NCBI GenBank assembly: GCA_043827405.1
Contig: JBDRPD010000099.1
Location: 1-53,667, forward strand
Length of the DNA stretch: 53,667 nt
Reading direction: 5' to 3'
DNA from: Elusimicrobiota bacterium
GTDB taxonomy: Bacteria; Elusimicrobiota; Elusimicrobia; UBA1565
The notes beneath the pieces are model-generated. The model did not search any database, was not told where the DNA came from, and was given only the letters and a program-made list of their open reading frames with translations. This document shows, one piece after another, positions 1 to 10,057 of the stretch (its first letter is position 1; each line of letters begins with the position of its first letter). A program made the translations under genes and the position numbers.

Positions 1-3000
1 GGGACGTAGTTCATCCGGCCGCCGAAGAACGGGGAGCCCTGCGGATGCTCGCCGCCGTCCGGTCCGCCGCCGCCCGCAGCGCCGGTCCCGCCGCCTGCTC
101 CTCCGCCGCCGCCTCCGCCGCCTCCACCGCCTCCACCACCGCCTCCACCGCTGTCGCCGCCGCCGACGTCGCCTTTGCCCTGGCCGTCATCAACGCCGGC
201 GGCGTCGCCGCCGCTGGTCATATCATCGTCACCGGAGAAACTTCCGGTGGTTTTCTTGTTGTCCGGGACCGTCGGGGGGACAACGGGGTCCTTGTCGGGA
301 TTCGCTTTATCCGACTTCTGCGTAGCGATGATGCGGATATCGATGGAAGACAGCTTATTCCCATCGGTCGCGAGCACGGTGAGAATAAATTCGCCCGCCT
401 TGCTGACCACCAGGCTCCCATCGACCCGGCTGGGGGTGATATCGACGTCCATCATTTGGTATTCGCTCTCGCTGGTAATCCGCACCGCCGGATCCGCGAC
501 GCTCAGCTGCACCTCAACAGACTGATCGGGCTTGATCGTCTCCTGGATGCGGTCCTTTTCCGGCAGCTCTTCATTCTGCGCCCGTTCCTCTTCGGTCAGC
601 TCTACGATCTTGCCGTCATCGGCCACCAGCACCGCGAAGTCCGCGCTCGCGGACTGGACACCCGGGGGGATATCGATCATCAGGAATTTGCTGTGCCCCG
701 CTCCGCTGGCGCCCTTGGGGTCAAGGAAGGTAATAACGGGCGCCCCGTTATCGCCGCGGATCGGCGGAACTTCTTCCATTTCCTTCAGCTTCTCGCGCAG
801 GCGGTCGATTCGCTCCTGGTTCTCCAGAATCCAGATCGGTATCACCGGCTGCAGGCCGATCTTGCCCAGCCAGGCCTTGAAGCGCCCGCGCAGGCTGTAG
901 GGCTCGCGCTCGTACTCGCCCTTGCGGCGCAGGATCGACATTTTATTCTTGCCCGCCGTGGCGAAGCGCTTGATCTGCTGCTTGATCCAGGTCTTTTCCG
1001 CCGGCGTACGGCCGCGGGCGACAGCGGATTTCTTGGCGTTGCCGGCGGCCTTCTGATACTTCGGCAGCCGCGCGTTCACGGCGTCCAGCTCGACCTGCAG
1101 CTTGCGCAGCAGCGACTTGGCCTTGCTCAGCTGGCGTCCCTTGAGCTGGCCCCCATCCACCTTGCTCTTCAACCCGTTGATCTCGCCCTCGAGCATCCGC
1201 CGGTCCGAGAACGCGCGCTGAAACTTCAGCTGGGCGTCGACGGTATTGCGCAGGGCCTGGTTCGTCGTGCGGTTCATGGAGCGGCGCAGTCCGAGCTTTT
1301 CTCCGACGTACTTGTCGAACATCCGCACCAGCGCGCTGCGCTCCATGAAGCCCGGCTTCTCGAACGCTTCCACATGATGCTTGCGCGCCGCGCGGTCGAT
1401 CACCTTGCGCAGGAAGCCCGTCTGCTCCGCATGTGTTATCACGTCGCCCGCGGTCTGCCGCAGCTCGGTGACTTTGCTCTGCTGCGACGTTATCTCGGCG
1501 TCCAGCTGTTTGATCTGCCGCTCCATAACCAGCTTCTTGAACTTGTTGACCAGCCCTTTACCGCCGCTCTGCTTGACGGCGTTGAGCCGCTCCTGCAAGG
1601 TCAGCCGGTCGGTCGCGGCGCGATCCAGCTCCATCCGGGCCCGTTCGGTCTGAAACTTGACCTGTGCGGCATCGCGCAGAGGCTGCTTGGCGTCGTAGCG
1701 CTCGATAAACTTGCGCGCCGAGTCGCCGCTCTTTCCCTTGAGTATTTTGGCCTTCATCCGCATCAAGCCCCGCTGGAGCTTGGTGGTCGGCTGCTGGCCC
1801 ATATTGAGGATGTCCTGCGGCGTGGCTTTCGCACCTTTGACTCCCGGGGCGAGCCGGCCGGGCTTCGCCGCCGCCGCTCCCGCGGTCTCGGCGATAAAAG
1901 GCGCTTTGCCGGGGAGCTGGGATGCGGGGGTCATGCGCGCCAAGGCGTCGGTGAGCCGGCCCTGATATTGCTGGACCCGGCCCCGGGCGCCCGCGGCCTG
2001 CTGCTGCGCGCTCTCGAAGCGCTGCTGCGCTTTCGCGATATCGGTTTTGCTGCCGTTCTTCTTGACCGCGTCCAAGTCGAGCCGCGCCCGCTGGGTACTC
2101 GCCTCGTACTCGGCCAGCTTCTGCTGGTTATGCTGCAAATTCCTGCCCACCCGTGCGGCTTCAGCTTTGGCTTCGGCGCGCATCCCCTTGTCGGCCTTCT
2201 CGAGCCGCACCTCGGCGTCCTTCAGCTTCTGGGCATGCTTATCGACCAAGCCCCGGGAGCGCTCGGCGCCGGCCTCCGCCTTCTTGATCGCCAGTTCCGC
2301 CTTCTTGACGGCGGCGGCGTCCTTAACCTGCTGCGCCTTGGCCATATCGGCCTTGGCCCGCTTGGCCGCCGTCTCATGCTCGACGAGCTTCTTCTGATTG
2401 CTTTGCAGGTTCTTCTTGGCGGCGCCCTGATCGACCTTAGCCTGCTTGGCCTGCTGCTCGAGCGCCGCCGTCTTCTTTGCGGCCGGAACCTCGGGCTTGC
2501 CCTTGGCCGGCGTCTGCACCTTGGGCTCGGTTTTAACGACCTTCGACTGCGTCGTCACCGGCTTGGGCGGGACCTTCGGCGGGTTCGTATTCGCCGGCAC
2601 GCGCGCCGGATTGTTGGGCATCCTCGCCGAGGCTACCTGCACCTCGCCCTGGCCGCTGCGGCCGGTATTCTGCGCCCCGCTTCCCCGGTTCGATGCCGGG
2701 CTGCCGGCATTCTGCGTCGTATTCGGCTCCGCCGTGAACTGTCCGCCCTTCGACGGGCCCTTGGGAACCTGCGGTTGAGACTGGGGATTGCTGCTGCGCA
2801 CCTGCTGAACAGTCTGTGCTGCCGGCGGCGGCTTATAGCTCGCCGGCGGCTTATTGACGAACTGCGAGGGCTGGGCGTTCTGGTATGCCGTTTTGGGAGC
2901 GTACTTCCCGCCGTTGGGCTGTCCTTTGGCGTAGCGCACTTTCCCGGCGCTGTCGGTGAAGAACTTGGTGCCGCCGCTGCTGCCGCCCGGCCGGCCGCTG

Positions 3001-6000
3001 GACATGCTTGCCGCGCCCGGCGTGTCGAGAGTGCTGTTGCTGAGCTCCATCGATTTGGCGGACAGCTCGGCCTTGGGCACGAACTGGCCGCCTTTGGGAT
3101 GTCCTTTGGGGTAATGCGCGCGCCCCTTGGCATCAAACGTGTATTCCGTCGCCGGCTTCACCGCCTCCGGCTGCGGCTTTATCTGATTCGGCCTTACCTT
3201 GGCGGCATCCGGCTGCGGCTTCACCTTGGCGGCATCCGGCTGCGGCTTCACCTTGGCGGCATCCGGCTGCGGCTTTACCTTGGCGGCATCCGGCTGCGGC
3301 TTCACCTTGGCGGCGTCCGGCTGCGGCTTCACCTTGGCGGCATCCGGCTGCCGGCCCGCGTCCTGCTGGCCCTTCGCCTTGCTTCCGGTATCGGCCGCCT
3401 TGCCTTGCGCACCGCGGCCGCGGCCCTTCCAGCGGCTGCGGATTCCCTTATAGCCCTTATACGCCATCGGCAGCGCGATCATGAGCACCGTGCCGCCGGA
3501 GGCCACCATGGCGCGCACCGCCTCGGCCTTGTCCTCGAGCGTCGTCGCCTGGCTGTACAGCTTCTTCGCCTCGAAAAACTGGATGGCGCCCTGGGTGCCG
3601 AAGTAGATGCCGGCGCCCATCTGCACGTAGTTGAAGATCATGGCCGCGGTCTTAAAGCCCTGGAGTATATGTCCGACGCCGCCCATGGCGACCATCATTA
3701 CGCCGGCCTGGAACGTCAGCTTGGCGCCGGCGCCGATGCCGGCGGCCCAGAGCCGGGACTTCTCCTCGCCGACGCCGGCCCATCGCAGGCCCTTGAACGC
3801 CTGGTCCTCTACCCATTCTCCCAGCGGCGCGGCGACCGGCTCCAGCGTGGCCCAGGAGAGGGCGCCGTAGCTGACCCGCTCGCCCTGCACTTCCGGCATG
3901 GTGATCTTGCGGCCGGTCCCGTCGTAGAGGACGTACTCGTCCTGGTTGTACGTGTGCTTGTCGCTCCAGAAGTGCTTGCGCTCCTCCCAGGCCTGCTTGG
4001 GCCGGTGCTTGTACAGGTGCGGCGCCGCCTTGGTGCTGTAGCCTTCCATGCGCAGGAAGCCCATGTTCTTTTTGGCGTCGATGTCGTACATGCTCATCCC
4101 GGTCCAGGCCTTGCCGCGTTCGTCCTTGATCGTGCTGTAGCCGAAAGCGATGGTCTTGCCGCCGTCGTAGAGCTGCGAGAAGGCGCCGTTCCACTTCTCG
4201 TCCATGGTAAGCCAGACGTCGCCCGTGGCGGTCTGCACGCTCTGGTTTCCCGGGTTGTGCACGAAGTTCATCGCCGCGGCCGCCAGGCTGTCCGGCTTCT
4301 GCTGATAGTCGGCGGCCGCCTTGGGCATGCGGCGCCGTACCGTTCTGAAAACGCGCTGGAGCTTGGCATAGCGCTCGGTGTCGGAGAGGTCTTCGAGCTT
4401 GATCGTGCCCTGCACGCCGAGCCACTGATCTTTATTCGCGCCGACGCCGATATGCTGGTCCCGGTAGCCGCGTGAATCCGGCGGCGCCTCACGCCAATCC
4501 TTGAGGCTCCGCGGATTCTCCGCGACCAGGTGCTTGGCCAGCAACCCGTCCAGCTCCCCGTCCTGGGCGATCCAGCGTACGCCGTTGTACTCCTCCTTAC
4601 CCTCCACCTTCTCGACTTCAAATATCTGGGTGATGCGGTCGCCCTCGCGGTCGACGCGCTTTAGGGTATCCGAGCGGCCGCTATTAACCAGATTGAGCGC
4701 ATACTCGTAGGATTTCCTGCCCTGCTCGAAAGTTTGCATGTGCCGCTTATTGTCGATCGTTACCGTACCGCCGGCAACGGCGAGGGTCGCCTTGGTGCGG
4801 CGCAGCCGGCCGTCGAAGTTGATCTCAAGCTCGCTGAGCTCGCTGGTATCCAGGGAGTACATATGGCCCGTACCGCGCAGCACTTGGCCGAGGCCGGGGA
4901 CGAGTTCCTTGTGCTCATAGACGAAGCGTTTGCGGAAAGCCGAGAAATCTTCGAGATCATCCTGCATGCCGACCAGCTTGCCGCCGACCAGAGAGTAGTG
5001 CTGCCCCGTTTCGCTATCGACAAAAATTTCGACCTTGGCCGCGCCGGCGGGCAGAGACTTGGTTATGCCGTCCGGCAGCTCGAGCGGCACCATAAGCATC
5101 TTCCTGCCCTTGTATTCCATGGGCACGCGCGCCAGCGACACCGTCAGGGTATGGCGGCCGTCGATGGTGGCGAAGACGCTGGTGTCGTTCGTGCGCACCG
5201 TGTATACGCCGGCGCCCAGCCCCCTGCCGCCGTATTCTTCAATGCGCCGTCCCGTGCGCACGTCGACATAGCCCGTACCGTCATCCGACGTCCGCTCCGG
5301 CTCGCCGTCGGCGGTTTTACGCAGCCCTCCGGCTCCCTGATTGCGCTTGACCTTATGGTCTTTGCGCACCAGGTGGGCGATGTCCTCTTCGATCAGGAAC
5401 GGCGCGAAATCGGGACCGCCCTCGAACTTCAGCTTGGGAAACAGGCTGCTCGGCATCACCGCCCGAACTTCGGGCAGGAAGCTGTGCTGCTGCGAGGACT
5501 CGGTGATGCGCCGCGACAGGATGCGCCGCGCGTCGAACATGCCGATCACCGCGGCCTGCTCGCGCTGCCCGGTACCGTTCCAGGCTTCCTCCGCCGCATG
5601 CTTGCGCTTGAAGGCCGCCACCATATTGGCCAGCGAGGCGCGCACCCCGGTCTCCAGCGAAGCGCCGTGCGTCTTGAGGTACTTCTCGCCCTCCACCCCG
5701 ATGATGCGCTGCTGGTAGCCGCGGGAGATATCGGCGAAGGAATCCCGCAGGCTCTTGAGCTGCGTCAGCTCAAAGGACTCGGCGACCGCGCCCAGCCGGC
5801 CGTAGTCGCCTTTAGCCACCACGTCATGGATCCACTTCTCATCGAGGACCGCGAAGGTGTCGGCGCCGGGGGATTTCGCCGCGGCGAGCTCATCATGGAT
5901 GGCGCGCAGGGATTCCAGCGCATTCTGCGCGCCGTCCGGTCCTTTGAGCAGCGCGGCAGCGGCGTACTTCTTGGCGGCGCTCCGGCGCTGCTCGATATCG

Positions 6001-9000
6001 GCGTCACTGAAGCTCTCCTTAACGACGACGTCCCGATACTTCGCCAGCAGCTGGCCGAGCGCCCCCGCATGGGCCGCGACGGCCTCGCGTATCTCTCCGC
6101 GCGTCTCGGCGAACTGGAGCAGATCGAGAAACTTTTCCGCCTCGGCGCGCAGCTCCTCGGGAATCTCCCAGTCCATGGCGACGAATAGAATCTGGTCCTG
6201 CGCCGTCGTGAAGCCGGCGTCCGTCTTCAGCTGGCGCAGGACTTCCGCCGGCTCCCAGGCTTTGCCGTCGCGGATGGCGCGATTGCGGCTGCGCCGCGCC
6301 TCGGCGTTGAGCAGGCCGGCGTACTCTTCCCAATCCTCGAGCAGCCGGCGCTGCTTGGTCGTCCGCTGGTCTTCCGGCAGCGCCATGACCCGCTGGATCT
6401 CGACCAGCAGGCCGGCGGTAATGTTCTTCGAATCCCGGACCTTTGCGAGCAGGTCGCGCACCTGCTGGCGCTCGGCGACGCAGTCCGGCTTCTGCAGCGC
6501 GTCCGCGCCGCCGCAGCCCGCCTTGAACCCGGACTTCGCCTTCTCCTTCAGCTTGCCGACCGCGGGCGAGACCCCCAGGTCGTCGGTCTTGAATACGTCC
6601 CGGAGCACCATGGTCAGGTTATCGCGCATCCAGCGGTCGAGCTTCTCTTTTTCCGCCGGGCTTCCGGCCGCCGCGCGCTGGCGCACATTATTGAGGTGCG
6701 CTTCGTAGACCGCTTCGACCAGCGCCGACTGGCCGTCCATCTCGACGAGCTTCTTGAAATCCATCCCGGCGAAGGCGGCCACGTCGCTTTCAACCTTGAA
6801 CTGGGACAGCAGCGTGCCGTCCCGGTTGAGCTTGACGAAGGCGTCCAGCGCCTGCTGGTACTTGCCCTGCGCGCGCTCCAGCTCGATCTTGCGCTTGAGC
6901 GGCTCGATGCCGTCGGCCAGCTCCAGCCCCTGCGCCGCCAGGGAGAACAGCCCCGCCTGGCGGTCCGCACCGGTGCCGGTATCGCTCAAGGACGGCGCGT
7001 CCCGGCCCTGTACCAGCGCCTCGTAGGCGGCCATGAACTTCTCCGCCTTCTGCTTGAACGCCGGATCAGCCAGGGCTTTGGGATTCTGCTTCAGGTAGTC
7101 GTAGACCGAGGCGCTGTAGAACTGGAAGCCGACGGCCAGCCGGTTTTCGAGCGCCGTATGCTCGGCGTTGCGCGCCAGCGCGCCGACGCTGAAGTTGTGC
7201 ATGTAGGCCGCGGTTTGGCGCAGAGTCTGCAGCGTGGCGCGCGCCTTCTTGGCGTCGGTTTTTCGCTCCTCGGCCAGCTGCTTGAACAGACCGGCCAGCT
7301 GCCTGTTTTCGCCCAGCAGCTCCGCGTACTCGTTGCCGGCGCCCTGGTCGAAGAGTCCGTCGAGCATGGACTGCAGCTTCTTTTCGTCGCCGCCGTGCTT
7401 GACGAAGACCTCGTCGAGCTTGGCGAGGAAGCCTTCCAGCTGCTTGAGCTTTTCCCGGCCCTTCTGCGACCGGTCCTCCAGCATGAGGTAGTACTCGCCG
7501 ACGGACTGGATATCTCCCTCGGCGCTCTTGGTGAGGAGCGCCTTGCGGTAAGCGGGCGAGATCCGGCGCACATCCACGCCCCGGGCCTCCAGCTGGCGGA
7601 TGATCTTCTGCGCGTCCGCGAAGCGCGCCGCCCGCTCCTCCGTCTTGAGGACCGACAAAAACTCGACCGCTTTGAGCCGCAGCAGCAGCTCATCGATGCG
7701 TTCAAGAACCTGCAGGCTTTCCTGATACGCCTTCTCCTGCATGCTGGTGCGCGACTTATCGAGCTGGACGCGCAGTTCCGCCAGCTGCTCCGGCAGCGGG
7801 GGCTGAGCTTTGGCCAGTTGGTCGAGCAGCGCTTTCGCCTCCGCCGCCGCGGTGAATACGGCGGGATCGACAGCGCCGTCCACATTCGGCACCAGGAGCA
7901 GCAGCTTGGGCGGCATCCCGCTCTGGATAAGCTCGACCACCCCCTGCAGGCGCCGCCGGGCGCCGTCGCGCGCCTCGTTGGCGCTGCGCACATGCGCCAG
8001 CAGGGCGTCGAGATCCCGGCGGATGGCGTGCTTCTCGGGGATAGTGATGAAGCGCTCATCGGCGATCAGCTTATTGGGCGTTATGTTGTCGAAAAAATCC
8101 ATCAGCTCGCGCAGCGCTGTCTCGTCGGGGAGCTCCTGCAGGCCGGCGCTGCGCGCCGCCGGGTCGACGGCGTCGAGCTCTTTAAGCACCTCCTTGAGGC
8201 TGGCGGCCTCGCGGCGCTTGGCGGCGAGCTCGTCGAAATACTCGCGAAACAGCAGCAGGTACGCGGCGTCCTCGAGCTTGGCCGCGTAGTCGGCGGGCGG
8301 CGCCCGCGCCTTGATCTTCGCGTAGTCCTCGCTCAGCTTGCGGTATTGGTGGATCAGGGCCTCGATCTTCGTCTTGGCGGTTATGGTCGCCGGGAGCCCG
8401 GACTGCTTCGTGTACAGCTCAAGCTCCTTGTCGAGGGCGTCCTTGCGCTCCTGGAAGCTGCCGGAGATGCGGACATCCAGCTCGCCTATTTTCGTGTCCG
8501 CCGACGCGACGAAAGCGCCGAGGTTCTCGCCGGCGGTGCGGGCGATGACCGCCGCCGAGCCGCAGTCGATCAGCTTGGCGCCCACGGCGACGATATTGGA
8601 CCAGCCGATATTCTCCCTGGGCGCGCAGTCCGCGGCGACCTTGAGCGCCTTGTCGCGCGCCCCGACATAGGTCTTCTCGACCTGCCGCTTCTTCTCCTCC
8701 AGGTACTCGCGGGCGCGCTTTTTCTTGAGCTCCCACCAATTCAGCTGCTCTTCTTCCCGCCGCACTTTTTCCCGCTGCTGGGCGGCCAGCTGCCGCTGGT
8801 CGACTTCGGGGACCGGCAGATGCTCGCGGTTCTTGAGCCACTCGGGAATCTGCACCGCGGGAGCTTTGGGATCCGGGACCTGCCCGCTGGCGGCCTGCTT
8901 GCCCGCGGAGATCATCTTCATCTTGACTTCCGGCGCGATGTGCTGGTTCTCGTAAATCAGCGCCAGATTGCGTTCCATGGCGCCGGGGGAACTTACCTTG

Positions 9001-9851
9001 AGCTTAAGCGCCAGCCCCGCGATGATTTTCTGGTCGACGCCCGCCTTCTTCAGCTCTTCGATGTAGGCCTCATCGATCCGGTCCTGGATCTGCCGCTCCG
9101 GCGGCTTGGTGAAGAACGCATCAATGGGGGGGAAACGTTTCTTGACGACGGCCAGGCGCGACTTGAGCGCCGCGGCGACCTCGTCGTAGCGCTTCAGATA
9201 CTCTTCCGGCGGCAGGGGGTCGACCTTGCGCGTGAGCTCATCGGCCTTGAAGGAAGAGAGCGCCGCGTCGACCTCGTTGTAGTAGGCCTTGGTCGACTCC
9301 CATTCTTTCTTGGCGTACTGCCAGTCGGGCTCCGTCAGCTGGCCGAGATTCACCTGGGTCAGCTTCTCGATTTTATCGACCTTGGCGTCGAGAGCGGTAA
9401 TCCGCTCCTGGGCATTGAGCATGGGCAGGAAGGTCTTCAGCTGCGCCTCGGCGTGACGCAGGCCGAGGATCTTCTGGTGCTCGGTCGCGGTCCCGCTTTG
9501 CAGATGCTCCAGAAGAAGGGGCAGGATGCCGGTCAGCGTCTGCGCTTCCTTGGCCTGCGCTATGACCGCCTTCGCTTCGAGCTTATCCTGCTTGAGCGAA
9601 TCCATCATAAAGGTGACGCGCCCCAGATAGTACTCCGGAGCGCCCAGCTCGGCGATGCTGCGCGCGACAAACACCTTGCGCGCATGCGGAGGCTCTTCGT
9701 CGAACTTCTTCAGCAGGTCGGGAACCTTTTTGAATGCTTCGGGGAGGGTATATCCGGCGGCGAATACCGCCACCGGCTGCCACGGGAGGAGGCACGCGGT
9801 TAGAACGACCGCGAGCGCCCTTTTCCAAATAGGCCCTTCGGTCCGGCTCAT
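1..9851 (-). CDS. Giant exported protein, >3283 aa, 3'-partial: signal peptide, long helical/coiled-coil region, hydrophobic segments, repeats, basic region, Ig-like segment, Gly-rich linker
   Basis: ATG at 9851 gives MSRTEGPIWKRALAVVLTACLLPWQPVAVFA (signal peptide). My manual translation found no stop down to base 3. The three long + ORFs (45-4475, 4734-6188, 6696-9803) are all in its antisense register, and the track lists no minus ORF in this frame, as expected for an ORF running off the edge. Confidence 0.9.
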   Translation of the reverse strand, partial: MSRTEGPIWKRALAVVLTACLLPWQPVAVFAAGYTLPEAFKKVPDLLKKFDEEPPHARKVFVARSIAELGAPEYYLGRVTFMMDSLKQDKLEAKAVIAQAKEAQTLTGILPLLLEHLQSGTATEHQKILGLRHAEAQLKTFLPMLNAQERITALDAKVDKIEKLTQVNLGQLTEPDWQYAKKEWESTKAYYNEVDAALSSFKADELTRKVDPLPPEEYLKRYDEVAAALKSRLAVVKKRFPPIDAFFTKPPERQIQDRIDEAYIEELKKAGVDQKIIAGLALKLKVSSPGAMERNLALIYENQHIAPEVKMKMISAGKQAASGQVPDPKAPAVQIPEWLKNREHLPVPEVDQRQLAAQQREKVRREEEQLNWWELKKKRAREYLEEKKRQVEKTYVGARDKALKVAADCAPRENIGWSNIVAVGAKLIDCGSAAVIARTAGENLGAFVASADTKIGELDVRISGSFQERKDALDKELELYTKQSGLPATITAKTKIEALIHQYRKLSEDYAKIKARAPPADYAAKLEDAAYLLLFREYFDELAAKRREAASLKEVLKELDAVDPAARSAGLQELPDETALRELMDFFDNITPNKLIADERFITIPEKHAIRRDLDALLAHVRSANEARDGARRRLQGVVELIQSGMPPKLLLLVPNVDGAVDPAVFTAAAEAKALLDQLAKAQPPLPEQLAELRVQLDKSRTSMQEKAYQESLQVLERIDELLLRLKAVEFLSVLKTEERAARFADAQKIIRQLEARGVDVRRISPAYRKALLTKSAEGDIQSVGEYYLMLEDRSQKGREKLKQLEGFLAKLDEVFVKHGGDEKKLQSMLDGLFDQGAGNEYAELLGENRQLAGLFKQLAEERKTDAKKARATLQTLRQTAAYMHNFSVGALARNAEHTALENRLAVGFQFYSASVYDYLKQNPKALADPAFKQKAEKFMAAYEALVQGRDAPSLSDTGTGADRQAGLFSLAAQGLELADGIEPLKRKIELERAQGKYQQALDAFVKLNRDGTLLSQFKVESDVAAFAGMDFKKLVEMDGQSALVEAVYEAHLNNVRQRAAAGSPAEKEKLDRWMRDNLTMVLRDVFKTDDLGVSPAVGKLKEKAKSGFKAGCGGADALQKPDCVAERQQVRDLLAKVRDSKNITAGLLVEIQRVMALPEDQRTTKQRRLLEDWEEYAGLLNAEARRSRNRAIRDGKAWEPAEVLRQLKTDAGFTTAQDQILFVAMDWEIPEELRAEAEKFLDLLQFAETRGEIREAVAAHAGALGQLLAKYRDVVVKESFSDADIEQRRSAAKKYAAAALLKGPDGAQNALESLRAIHDELAAAKSPGADTFAVLDEKWIHDVVAKGDYGRLGAVAESFELTQLKSLRDSFADISRGYQQRIIGVEGEKYLKTHGASLETGVRASLANMVAAFKRKHAAEEAWNGTGQREQAAVIGMFDARRILSRRITESSQQHSFLPEVRAVMPSSLFPKLKFEGGPDFAPFLIEEDIAHLVRKDHKVKRNQGAGGLRKTADGEPERTSDDGTGYVDVRTGRRIEEYGGRGLGAGVYTVRTNDTSVFATIDGRHTLTVSLARVPMEYKGRKMLMVPLELPDGITKSLPAGAAKVEIFVDSETGQHYSLVGGKLVGMQDDLEDFSAFRKRFVYEHKELVPGLGQVLRGTGHMYSLDTSELSELEINFDGRLRRTKATLAVAGGTVTIDNKRHMQTFEQGRKSYEYALNLVNSGRSDTLKRVDREGDRITQIFEVEKVEGKEEYNGVRWIAQDGELDGLLAKHLVAENPRSLKDWREAPPDSRGYRDQHIGVGANKDQWLGVQGTIKLEDLSDTERYAKLQRVFRTVRRRMPKAAADYQQKPDSLAAAAMNFVHNPGNQSVQTATGDVWLTMDEKWNGAFSQLYDGGKTIAFGYSTIKDERGKAWTGMSMYDIDAKKNMGFLRMEGYSTKAAPHLYKHRPKQAWEERKHFWSDKHTYNQDEYVLYDGTGRKITMPEVQGERVSYGALSWATLEPVAAPLGEWVEDQAFKGLRWAGVGEEKSRLWAAGIGAGAKLTFQAGVMMVAMGGVGHILQGFKTAAMIFNYVQMGAGIYFGTQGAIQFFEAKKLYSQATTLEDKAEAVRAMVASGGTVLMIALPMAYKGYKGIRSRWKGRGRGAQGKAADTGSKAKGQQDAGRQPDAAKVKPQPDAAKVKPQPDAAKVKPQPDAAKVKPQPDAAKVKPQPDAAKVRPNQIKPQPEAVKPATEYTFDAKGRAHYPKGHPKGGQFVPKAELSAKSMELSNSTLDTPGAASMSSGRPGGSSGGTKFFTDSAGKVRYAKGQPNGGKYAPKTAYQNAQPSQFVNKPPASYKPPPAAQTVQQVRSSNPQSQPQVPKGPSKGGQFTAEPNTTQNAGSPASNRGSGAQNTGRSGQGEVQVASARMPNNPARVPANTNPPKVPPKPVTTQSKVVKTEPKVQTPAKGKPEVPAAKKTAALEQQAKQAKVDQGAAKKNLQSNQKKLVEHETAAKRAKADMAKAQQVKDAAAVKKAELAIKKAEAGAERSRGLVDKHAQKLKDAEVRLEKADKGMRAEAKAEAARVGRNLQHNQQKLAEYEASTQRARLDLDAVKKNGSKTDIAKAQQRFESAQQQAAGARGRVQQYQGRLTDALARMTPASQLPGKAPFIAETAGAAAAKPGRLAPGVKGAKATPQDILNMGQQPTTKLQRGLMRMKAKILKGKSGDSARKFIERYDAKQPLRDAAQVKFQTERARMELDRAATDRLTLQERLNAVKQSGGKGLVNKFKKLVMERQIKQLDAEITSQQSKVTELRQTAGDVITHAEQTGFLRKVIDRAARKHHVEAFEKPGFMERSALVRMFDKYVGEKLGLRRSMNRTTNQALRNTVDAQLKFQRAFSDRRMLEGEINGLKSKVDGGQLKGRQLSKAKSLLRKLQVELDAVNARLPKYQKAAGNAKKSAVARGRTPAEKTWIKQQIKRFATAGKNKMSILRRKGEYEREPYSLRGRFKAWLGKIGLQPVIPIWILENQERIDRLREKLKEMEEVPPIRGDNGAPVITFLDPKGASGAGHSKFLMIDIPPGVQSASADFAVLVADDGKIVELTEEERAQNEELPEKDRIQETIKPDQSVEVQLSVADPAVRITSESEYQMMDVDITPSRVDGSLVVSKAGEFILTVLATDGNKLSSIDIRIIATQKSDKANPDKDPVVPPTVPDNKKTTGSFSGDDDMTSGGDAAGVDDGQGKGDVGGGDSGGGGGGGGGGGGGGGGGAGGGTGAAGGGGPDGGEHPQGSPFFGGRMNYV
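60..175 (-). repeat. GGC/GGA-rich low-complexity tract encoding a poly-Gly linker
   Basis: Runs of ccgccg/cctcc on + translate to GGGDSGGGGG...GAGGGTG in the giant ORF. Confidence 0.85.
3196..3351 (-). repeat. 27-bp coding tandem repeat, ~5.8 copies (QPDAAKVKP)
   Basis: Unit ACCTTGGCGGCATCCGGCTGCGGCTTC at 3196, 3223, 3250, 3277, 3304 and 3331 (last copy partial), with few substitutions. Confidence 0.95.
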
Positions 9852-9910
9852 ACCGTAATTGTAGACCCAAAAGCGCCTATTTTAAAGGGCTTATATGCCT
9901 ACAAAGTTTT

Positions 9911-9948
9911 TTGGCCCTTAGGCCTATGCGCATAGGACTTTAGGCCTA
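9911..9948. promoter_or_regulatory. Two 16-bp palindromic operator-like sites upstream of the giant gene
   Basis: TTGGCCCTTAGGCCTA (9911-9926) and TAGGACTTTAGGCCTA (9933-9948), starts 22 bp apart; candidate -10 TAAAAT on minus at 9879-9884. Confidence 0.65.
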
Positions 9949-10057
9949 CGCCTCTGAGCCCCGCTCGCGCATCTTCTTTAACCTAAGCCAGCAAAAGGCT
10001 TCACCGGCGGCGGAGAAAAGAGCTTGTGCGCGAAGTGCCGCTAGGCGCAGCCCGACG

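Noticed and set aside
3196..3351. Repeat array as a possible CRISPR
   Set aside because: Units are contiguous with no spacers and in frame in a CDS; no cas genes seen in the window.
45..9803. Long + strand ORFs 45-4475, 4734-6188 and 6696-9803
   Set aside because: All lie in the antisense register of the giant minus-strand gene and have Leu/Arg/Gly-biased shadow composition.
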